Below are positions 51,400-64,000 of a stretch of DNA of 64,000 nucleotides, one piece after another (within the stretch, counting starts at the first letter, position 1; the number at the start of each line of letters is the position of its first letter). Made by a program: the position numbers and the translations under genes. The stretch is taken from positions 1,116,001-1,180,000 of the forward strand of contig CDLV01000014.1 in the NCBI GenBank assembly GCA_001244265.2. Reading direction: 5' to 3'. The stretch is from Microbotryum violaceum. Taxonomy: Eukaryota. Under the pieces are notes generated by a model that saw only the letters and a program-made list of their open reading frames with translations, was not told the DNA's origin and ran no database searches.

Positions 51400-54002
51400 C
51401 AAAGGCACAGTCGGCGAATAGAGTGCATTCGGATTTTTGCATATTTTTTGAGAATTGTCCTCTGCAAGCTGAACAAGAGCTCTACCTCGAACACGTGATT
51501 CGGCACGGGTCGCGCGGAACAATTGGGGCCGGGACTGGCCGGGACGTCGACGCGTCACGACTCTTCTGCTTTGCCCAAGCGCCCCCTACTACGTATTCGA
51601 AGTAACGAACTATACAATGAGCATCCGTCACCTTGCGACAGTCTGAAATGAACGCCCACTTCGAAACGCCGGGTCAATCATACTTCTGCTGCTCCTATCA
51701 TGATGAGTCAATCCAATCAATTTAACCACCTCCCGAATCGCAGCCAACGTTCTGCGCTCCGGCGATGAACAGCAGTATGTTTGCCGCCGATCGACACGGG
51801 TGCTCTGCCTGGACTACCGGTTCACGATCACATCTGACACATAGGTTCATATGCTGCCTCTAGGTACGAGTCGCGCACCTTGCCTTGGACTCCCTATCAG
51901 TCCGCATATAACGACTATTCGGGTCCGTGGGTGGCCGTCGCTTCGATCGCGTACAGCATCGGTCTGTTCTGACGTTACACCGTCGTGCACCCGATCCAGC
52001 GTCCACTTTCGCTGGCGTAACGGCCATCTCGAATCCTGCGTCGTACAACTATCAATCGTCGCCGGGATCTGCTTCGTCCAACCAACCAGTTTACCGTCCC
52101 AACGTTCCCCGATCATGGACGCATCGATGGCCCGTATCTAGCTCCGCCAGCAAGCATCAATCTCGCAAGCATCGCAAGCATGGTCGAACAAGGAGGGAAC
52201 AATCCTAGCGGCACGGGTGACGCGGCAGGTTTGCCAAATACTGCACTTCCGCTCGCGATCGTCAAAAGTTGCGGGCCGCACAAGTTTCCCAAGACGAGGA
52301 GGGAGGCCGCGCATCAGGAGGGAGGGATGTATCAGCGAATGTCTGCGCACAGCTTGGAACGCACCCGTGGCCGACAAAAAACGTTGAGACCAAATGCCAA
52401 TGGTACAACATCATCCTCAAGGAACTGTTCCGTGAGTACAAGAAGTGCAGCCTGCCTACTCTTCCATACACATGCCTAATTTTGACCCGGCTCGCTGTCT
52501 TCAGAGTCCGCGCTGCCCCAACGCTCCGTGCTGGACGGCGAGAAGATCCAATTGCCCAAGTTCGTCTATGACGTAAAGGCCCTCAGGGACAACGCCAGAA
52601 TCATCGTTCAGCGCGGCGCGCTCCTTCGCAAAGCGGATTTCCGAAGCCCGAGTAGCAAGCTCAAGTTGTTGGGACGACCTGGATCGGATCATCCTATTGC
52701 TGCGTGCAGGCGAGCTGAGCTTCAGGCTGGAGGAAGAGGTAATCGGGTCAAGTGCAGACCAGGCAATGGCCGACGGCGATGAAGGCGGCGACAGCGATGC
52801 TGACCGGTGGACTCGGAACACGAGCTGCGACGAGTACAGCGAGTGAGGTGACGATGGCCGAGCTTTCAGCGCCAGCCGGACTCGTCGACGCGCATGCGGT
52901 GCGGAGATCTTGGCTGTTGAAGGGCCAGAATTCGTTGGACAACACAGGCCACCACAATCGTTCTTTTATAGTTTTGCTTCATATGCATCCGGCTCTTGGT
53001 GACTAAAGGCGGAGAGGGTGATTGTTCGTTGCCCTTCGTACCTAATCTTCCCCTGGGCCGCTCGAGACCGACCTCTCCTTGTTGACGTGGGCTGTGCCAG
53101 GGACGTAACCCTGCTCACAAACATTATCCTTCTTGTTCTGCTGGGTTGTTCTCGAAGTACTATGTAGAGTCGAATTGCCCAGTGAGAATGGAGTGCTCCC
53201 TGATCCGTGGACCAGACGGAGCGTCTGCTTTCCGGAAGTGACTCTTTGAGCAAAAGAATGAATGAACAGAATTCGCAAGGCGCTTCCACTAATTGCAGTG
53301 TATGTTAGCATCTTTTTATAATCTATTAGCACTAAAGTGAACGGGCAAGGGTTGCATCTGGCCGGGCTCGGTCTTCGCCAAAGTGCCAATCAGAGCTGCT
53401 GGGCCACGGTGACGACCCCCGGCCCGGCTTGTATACATGTAAGGATATCCTTACACATGAGTCAAGGTCAATACACTACCAAATCTGTTCATCTTAATAT
53501 TGTAACATCAACATATAGCTATTTCTGAATGGTGTCTGCAAGGACTACATGATAGCATGTGTATTGCAAGACTTGTAGTGATTCAAAATTTCTGTGTCCT
53601 TACCGCACCTCCCGTATCCTTACCGCACCCTCGTATCGTTACATGTGTCGACATGTGTAAGGATACGCCCGCGCGCGCACGTGACATGCGTAAGGATACG
53701 CTCGCGCGCAAAGGGCACTGGCTGCTGCTGGTGAATAATTGACTCTTTCCGCACACCAGTGGTTGTCAAAGTATCGCCATGCCCATTTTTGCACTAAGTT
53801 TAGTTATGCATAGTATTGCTGACCGCTATCATAGCCCCTACTGTACACTACATTAGTGATTGACAAGGCCAAAACTTCACTGGACCACTGGGGCACAACT
53901 TTGTGAGTCAAACTTGCCATCAACATGAATGTTCCCCACTGTGATTTCCTCCAGGAGCACTGCACCGCTGTAAAACATTGTAAAAGGAGAGCATCGTCAG
54001 CT

Positions 54003-56468
54003 CTATTGATCTGCTTTTTTGGCGTTCCCGACACTCACTATCTCGCATTCATGAAAAAAAGCCGACGCATCTTCCATCTTCCAGAAACCTTGTCCTTCTT
54101 CAAGAGTCCCTTTGGGTGGTAGACTTGACACTTTAGTGCCGATATCGGTAGGATCGGAGGGCTCATGGTATAGACTCCACATTTCGTGCCACTGACGCGT
54201 TAGCATTAGGTTGAAGGCTTGCAGGAAGTTCAATGACTCCTCATCTAGCTCGTAGAAAAGAACGGAAACTAATCCGCCAGCGTTCCTGTCCCCTATCGGC
54301 CTAGCGAGAGAGCCTTTGATTGCGTCGAAATGATAGCATGCGGCCTCTTGCCCGTATCCAACCGTCGCGTTCGTAACGAAATGTGAATTGTTGATGTTGT
54401 ACACTCCTGACCGAAGGCGCCAGACCATCTCTGGCATTTGGTCCGAAACACCGAAGCGTAGCTCAGTTGGGGCCAGTGGATGTTCCGGGTAAATATTGTT
54501 GATTTTGATCACAATCACACGGGGGAGCGAGGTGATTGAAACGAATTGCACGTAAGAGCCTCCGGGGCAATTGCGCTTGTGATGCCAACGGACTGAGTTC
54601 TTTGCCTCTGTGTACAATTTCAACGGTTGCCCAACGATTGAGGCGAGGACGTCCGACAACGTTTCCAGCGAATGCGAAGGCAGGTGGAGACTTGAGATGA
54701 GAAGGGGCCAGTCAACCACAAATTGTCGTCTTGGGGACACCTCAATCTGAATGCAGTTGCAGGCAGTGCAATACCCGGCTCGTTGAAGATGTAATTCGAC
54801 GAGAGTTCGGTCGGGATCATTCAACGTGACAGCGCTTGGCAGAACCGGATGATCGACGGTGAACGAGTGAAGTGTCTCGAGCCAGGTCTGCCGAAAAAAG
54901 TGATGATTAGTGTCCAGTTTTAATCGTCTTGGGGGGCGGGGTTCGCTAAGTGATTGACTGACTACTGGGCTACTATAACTCCCCCGCTTAAATGGAGTTG
55001 TAAAATGGCTTCCGCGCTCTTTCGACATCCCAACCACAGTGGAAATCATCCGTTCTCGTAATTGTGTGTATGCTTCAATGGCGTTCGCCGCCGGTTTTAT
55101 ATCAAACTTTCGAGCCAATGCTGTGTATTCGCGAATCGCATCCCATAGCTCGAGTGCCAAATATCGAGGGCGGAGCCTCAACACCATCTCATCGCCAAGT
55201 GGAGGAATCACGTAGGCCGTATGGGTGTTAAGGATATCCAGACACTGCAGCCATGGTTCCAATCCGTTGGCGACCGAGAGCAATGCGACAAGCGTTGAGT
55301 CAATCCAGCAAGAATTATCGCTCCACGGGCCTTGGATAATGACGACTGGCCCGTCTTCACCTGATCGAAGCCAGAAGTCTGCGTGGAGCTGCACAATCGT
55401 GCTACGAGCGATGTCGACGTCGATGTCTTGGGCGGAGCGAATTTTACCCTTGGTGCAGATCTAGAGTCCTCTGGGAGCTTGTCACTGGTGCGCTCGAGTG
55501 ACGTCGACGTCGAAGCAGGTTTTGGCGTGGCGATTTCTACCTTTCTTGCAGATTTCGATGGCGCCAACTCGGACTTGGATGCAACCAGGGACAGGGTCGA
55601 ATACGGACGTACATGTCCTCTTTGCCTCCGATTGTGATTCAGGTTCCGACAAGAGGAAGGCCAATCGTTTTCGAGGTATCCGGTATTTTCGACCACTGGA
55701 GGCTTCCAAATTTCGTGCATTGTGCTGCGCAAGAACTGTGAGACGGAGGATAAATCAGAGCAGGATTTCCGTCAGCCAGGCCTCAGCGCCTCTGCACTCA
55801 GTCAACAGTCTGGGGCGGAGGCGTACATATTTGGGACAACTCCGTTTCTTCATTGAGCGCCCTCACAGCCATAGGGACAACGGGAACTCGTTGCGATGGG
55901 CCGCTGAAATCTGAGCGGGGAGGACTACCTTTCGATTTGGAATTGGACGTTGATGGAGCTTGATGGAGCAATCCGTCGGGGAATGGCCTCGGATGAATTG
56001 CAATGAATTGAGGGCGTCAATCCAACGTCGTCTGATGATTCGTTCGAACTATGCTCGTCAGACGGCGGGTCAGGAATCTTGCGCTTGTGGGGGTAATCAA
56101 CACGTCTTGAGCCCTTTTTGGAGGCCATCGACTGCGCAGTGGGCCCATTGCCCTGCCTTGACGGGTTCTTTGGTTGCTGCCGGGAACGATTTGACGTGGA
56201 AGGAGGTAATTTGGTTGATTCGCTCAGTGGTGGTGTTGCAGGACCCTTTGACAGGTCTGAAGGTCCTTGTGGTGACTCAGAAAACCCGATGCCAGCTAGA
56301 CGAGCAGGTGCAGCGAATGAGATCAAAGGCTCAGGCATGTTGGCATCACTGACGTAGGATGAAGGTACCCGATTGCGTGACTTGATTTCTTTGATATGAG
56401 CGCGGACGTTGCCTTGCTCGTGATAAGTGGAACTCCTGACATAGCCGTCTGTTTTCAAAGCAAAGGCG
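54003..56468 (-). pseudogene. Probable 3' part of the GCM-MULE element: low-complexity linker followed by a USP/papain-like cysteine protease domain
   Basis: Cys box GPWSDNSCWIDSTLVALL, zinc ribbon CTACNC, LPRVIVI, His box GVYNINNSHFVT, YHFD. Same strand as, and co-linear with, 61550-64000 once the Copia is removed. Confidence 0.7.
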
Positions 56469-56473
56469 AGAAT

Positions 56474-56692
56474 TGTCAAAAGGGTATTACTGTTTCCTCC
56501 CACTTAGAATAGATTAGTATCTAGTTGTTGATATTAGCCGCGCGCCTCTAGCCTCCCTAGTGCGCGCGCACTTGGCTCTTCTCTCTCTTCTGCGCGCACT
56601 TGGCTCTTCTCTCTCTTCTCCAACCATCTTTACTACCATCTTTGGCTCTCGTACTTACGTACCTCGCGCCTCGGGCCTCAGATGTGCTAAAA
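56474..56692 (+). repeat. Copia 5' LTR (219 bp, includes a 28-bp internal tandem duplication)
   Basis: Direct repeat of 61354-61544, starting TGTCAAAAGGGTATTAC. Confidence 0.95.
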
Positions 56693-58088
56693 GGTTATGA
56701 GCCACACCGATCTACCAGCCAACATCGCCCTTCCCGACAGCGATGACGAAAACAGCATGGCCGGCAACGATGAGACGGGCACACCGCCCCCTCCACCTTC
56801 GCCATTGTCGAGCCAACCCAACATAGTCGTCCCTCCCATGCACGTTCTACTCACACGCGAGCAATTTGACGACCTCGTCAAGAAACGCCGCTCTGTCAAT
56901 GACGACGACGTGTCCAAGCGGAACCTGCTGCCGCCCACGAGCCCTCCGGCATTCCCCGACGAGTCCAAACTCTCGGACAATAACTACGTCACTGGGACCT
57001 CACCATATCTCTTACCGTGCCTCGCGAGGTATACCTATACTTGCGCACCGGTTGCCACGACAAAGCCTGGCTGCCCGAACTGCACTCGCGATGGGAGGAT
57101 TACGCGGCCCGTGTGCTCGCCGGCTCGCTGACGACCGTCGCGAAGGGCACGATAGGCCCCGTCGCTCAGAAGGGCGGAAATGCCCACGCCTGCTGGGTCG
57201 CCCTCACGAAACGCTACGCTCCCAGTGACGCGCAATCACACTCCACGCTGATCCGTGACTTCTTCAACATGCCCAAACTTCCTTCGACCTGGGCCGGCTT
57301 CAACGAGTGGACGAACCGAGCCATGGTTCTGATCAATCACCTTCGAATGGCCCAACTCGATCTTGAACAAGCCATATCGGCTCGTATGATCGACGACTTA
57401 CCTCCCCTCTACAATAGCTGGCGCACCACGTTCTACTCGCTTCAGCCGAACAAAAGCAAGCTTCCAGTTGTTGAAGAGATCTTCGCGTCAATGGAATCGG
57501 TTGCTCGCACACTTCGCAACGGGTCTACTCCAGCTCTAGTGGCCCAAACGCCGGGTTTGACGACGAAAGCGGGCCAGAATAGAAAGGGTCAATGGGATAG
57601 GTCGGGTCCTCCGCCGGGTAACTGTCCCGCATGTCAACAAGGCAAGCACTGGGTCGAGAAGTGTCCCGACATCACCAGGCGTAACAAGTACCTCGAGCTG
57701 AAGGCTGCATTGAAGGAGTTTAAGGGCGTCTCTCCCCCTCCGCTCCGGCCCTCGCTGCAAATGACGACAACGCGTACATGGCCTTCTTGGCTGCGCCCGC
57801 CTTCGTGAACCTCAGCAAGTCTGCAAATCTACTCTTGGACTCAGCGTCCGCGTATCATGTGTTCAATGACTCGTCCTTCTTTGATGGTCCCATCTTGCCC
57901 GCCTCACACGTCATGCAAGGCCTCGGCGGAACGGTGAACGCCTCAGGTATCGGCTCCGTCAAGCTTATCACGGACAGCGGTACCAAGCTCATTCTCAATG
58001 ATGCAATATATGTCCCCAAGAGCCCGGCCAATCTCATCTCCGTCTGGGCCTTCGATCGAAAGGGCGTCCGCATCACCGTCCAGAAGGG

Positions 58089-60583
<2,495 letters not shown>

Positions 60584-61353
60584 TGACTCGGCAACGCGAA
60601 GCCAGCCAGCATCCCAATGCAACCAGGTGTGGTCCTTGATTTCCAAGACTCGTCAGCGACGCCTCAGGATCGCACCCACTACTTGCAAGCCATCGGGTCA
60701 TTGATGTATGCAGCGGTTGGGACCAGGCCCGATATCGCTTATGTCGTTGCCTACCTTGCTCGCTTCTCCCAACAACCCAGCCCTGCGCATTGGACGGCTA
60801 TCACGCAGGTCCTCCGGTACATCAAAGGCACACTGGACTTGGGCCTCACTTATCGCAAAAACAACGTAACATTCCATGGGTATTCGGACACAAAAAATTG
60901 GGGTGCCTGTTTGACCACCTCGCGTTTGACCATGGGCTACGTGTTCATCTACTCAGGAGCTGCCATCGCTTGGTGCTCGAAGCGCAAGCACCGAGTCGCC
61001 AAGTCTACCACCGATGCCAAATACCTCTCCCTATTGTATGCAAGTGGTGACGCCATCCACCTCAGCGAGCTTCTGGCCGAACTCGGTCATCCTGTCCCGG
61101 GCCCTGTTGTCATCTACAGCAACAACCAAGGATCTCTTGCCCTTGCTCAGCACCCAACCAACCACCAAGGGTCTCGTCACGTGTGCATCTCCAAGCATTA
61201 CGTCCGCAAACGCGTCGCCGAGAAGGAGATCGATATCGTTTACATTGCCACTGTGGACATGTTTGCCAACATCTTCACCAAGGCCTTGGGTCCCCTCTTC
61301 CATTGGGAAAACTTGGGTTTACGGGGTACAGTGGTATGACAGCACGGGGGGGG

Positions 61354-61544
61354 TGTCAAAAGGGTATTACTGTTTCCTCCCACTTAGAATAGATTAGTAT
61401 CTAGTTGTTGATATTAGCCGCACGCCTCTAGCCTCCCTAGTGCGTGCGCACTTGGCTCTTCTCTCTCTTCTCCAACCATCTTTACTACCATCTTTGGCTC
61501 TCGTACTTACGTACCTCGTGCCTCAGGCCTCAGATGTGCTGAAA
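61354..61544 (+). repeat. Copia 3' LTR (191 bp)
   Basis: Direct repeat of the 5' LTR, following the PPT. Confidence 0.95.
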
Positions 61545-61549
61545 AGAAT

Positions 61550-64000
61550 GGTTTTAGATGAGGATAATGGGTTGGTGGTAATGCTATGCCAGGGCCTTAT
61601 TGGTCGCATGACTTTCAATTTGGTCTGTCATTTTCGCGAAGTCGATAAGTCGCATCACCCCTTCCACCGGTCCAAAGCGTTTGCCACCACATGAATGGAT
61701 TAGGAGCCAGTGGGAAGATTCCACCGCATTTGTTGTGGTAGCCACGCATCTTTCTGCGGATCCATTGAGTTCCTTGAATACCACATTTTGAATTGCCGGT
61801 CGTGTCCATCATTTGATCCAATTCTCTGACACAGGAAACTTGTCGATTGTGCGCTTTGCCATGGACTCAATCAATGCATGGGACTTCGCGTTGCGCATGG
61901 TGTTGACCAGCATTGCAAATCGTTCGCGCTCCGTTTGCGTACTGAGATGTCGGACCCCGAACCTCCTGACCTGCTCAATGAAGTGAAAGGCGCACCCGCT
62001 TGCCGCCTTCTCGCCAATCTGAATAGCCTCTGCAGTCCACTGTGACACCTGATTGGGTGTGACGTTCAAGCGTCCCACATCTGCGGTCTTGCGTGCCACG
62101 TACCAATCCGAAATGGCTTGGCAAAGACCCAAAATCTGCGCGCTTGAATAATCGACAACAAATATGACTCCGTTGACGATGTCCTCCACGCTATAATTGG
62201 CATCGTCAAGAATCTGGAATAGGTGCGCAAAATTTCGGCGGTAGAAGCCCGATCGCTCGTGGTTGCCGACGGAGTACAGGATCGGAAACCAGCGACGAGC
62301 GCTTGGCGAATAGCAGACCGTGGTGAGCAACGCCCAATTGTCGCGAAAGTAGGTGTTGTGAGCGTCGGTAGGCCATCCCAAATTGCCTTCGACTAGCCGG
62401 TCGTCAATCGTTTCCGAGAGCCTCGCTTTCATCTGAGGAGTCTGGATGCCAAATGACGTCTCAGAGTCGGTTAGCGAATTGGAGGTGATCTTCGACTTCG
62501 ACCGCGACCCATCGTTCCTGGGTTGCTTCCGAGGGTCGGGATCGTGTTTTTGCTCGGCAAGTGGCTGCCCTTGGCGCTGTCCCGGTATTTCGATGTATGC
62601 GAGGCAACCGGCATTGGCAACAGCTTCAATAGCTGACATCAACGTGTCGGGCAGAGCTCCATTACGCTTACTGTGGCCCACTCTTGGTGCGTATCTCGAG
62701 ATTGATTGAGTGCTGTCAAATACAGGGCAAATTTTAGAGGCGGACGGCCGATGACAAGGGTCCTGCGGAAATGCGGTCATTTGTCCCATGCGCAGCTTGG
62801 CGGCCGATGCTTGTGGAGCGGCTTTACGCAATTGTCGCAGCTCTTCCAGATGTTGCGGGGACGGACGCGACACCGGAGGTGGAGGATGCAAATGGTACCC
62901 TGAATGCCAGATATATATTTCCCCCGGGCATTCCTCACGCTGCCCTTGGGCAATTGTAGCGGAGCACAGGATGTGCCTCATTGGTCCGTTACAGCTTGTG
63001 ATTGGACACGGCGGTAACTCGTCTGAAGGCCTCTCAACGTTTGGAGCAAGGTGCTTGCGGGTTGCAACCTTCTTGGGGCGTCCTGTGACGAGCTGTGGAG
63101 TCTCCTCCTGAAACAACTTCGACCTACTTGCTGTCGACAGCGATGTGTGAGGTCGACGCTTGCCAGAGCATGATTGATCACAACAGACAAACACGCCCAT
63201 GCAACATCTTTTGCTGTACTTGCTGTACTCGACGTTTGCATCCCAAACGCGGGCCTTTCCATCGCCCTTTTGAATCGGTTCAAGATGATGACGCCGAGAA
63301 AGCCCACATGTGTGACAAGCCACCGCTCGAGCCTGGATCCATACAAACAATGAGGACGTCGCCCCAAGTCCCGTTGGGCCGCCAAGGATCAAGAACAATC
63401 TCTTGTAAATATGCTTCGAGCATCAGGTCCGTTATCGTTGTCCTTCCTTCACTATATGTTGGTAAATTCGCATGATCTTCACTGTTGACGAGCTTGTCAT
63501 CCATTGAATCTGGTTCGGTGTTCGGACGTAGATTGCCGGAGATCCTGTCGCTTGGAGATGCTTCACGCTTTTCCCTGACAAGCAAGTCGTGCTTGGAAGC
63601 AGAAGGTGCGCCACTTGGAACAGGGGCATCTACCCGGCCTTGAGGTCTTGTAGTGATATTTACGAATGGGAGTCGAGCCTTGATGTGCTCGTAGACCTGT
63701 GACATTGGCAATCAAGAGTCAGCTCAGCGACTAAAGCTCAACGACGTAGAATCCATCAACTCATGAAGCTATACGCACTCTCAAGGTAATGGTTGCTTCT
63801 GCTGGCAACGAGTTGATGTCGAGTACGAAGCCGGTCAACCCGAGAACCTTGTCCGAAGAGTTGGTCGCAGCAGTAAATGCTGCGAGTTGGTTGTACCGGC
63901 AGGAGGCAAGACATGGAGTCGAGTGAGTAGATGACGTAGCCGCGTCGTCGACCACCTAGTAGTCGAAGCAGGAGTCCTCTGTACAAAGGCACAGATAAGT
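61550..64000 (-). mobile_element. GCM-domain MULE-like transposase gene (5' part; runs off the window)
   Basis: GCM-like: RCCMGVFVCCDQSC..RP..CPITSC..HILC..HSGYHLHPPP. MULE-like DDE: PTDAHNTYF, WFPILYS, VVDYSSAQILG, GCAFHF, TTNAVES.H. Confidence 0.75.

Noticed and set aside
51850-53000. Fragments faintly resembling a Myb/SANT helix (TKCQWYNIILKELFREYKK)
   Set aside because: Too short and broken to assign; probably decayed TE cargo.

Overview
Eukaryotic, intron-rich fungal DNA; gene content, intron style and TCG/CGA-biased transitions suggest a Pucciniomycotina basidiomycete, possibly Microbotryum-like (inference). A compact central island (~14.0-42.7 kb) holds ten conserved genes: YME2, an Aim18/46-like CHI-fold protein, RPB9, YPT1, RPL5, an OCRL/INPP5B-type 5-phosphatase, VPS11, a PDX1-like protein, CHS7 and TRAPPC13. 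Two blocks of nested, decayed transposons flank it. The left block contains a DUF6589-type pseudogene, an APE-RT-RNaseH non-LTR element whose gag-like 5' part lies in inverted orientation and whose RT is split by a Helitron derivative, and a pogo remnant. The right block contains a P/THAP9-like transposase carrying an Ulp1 protease, MITEs, a second Helitron end, and a GCM-domain MULE-like transposase followed by a USP/PLpro-like protease; the latter is interrupted by a full Copia element that itself carries a solo LTR. All family calls rest on motif recognition by eye; no database search was run, and exon boundaries were deduced manually.
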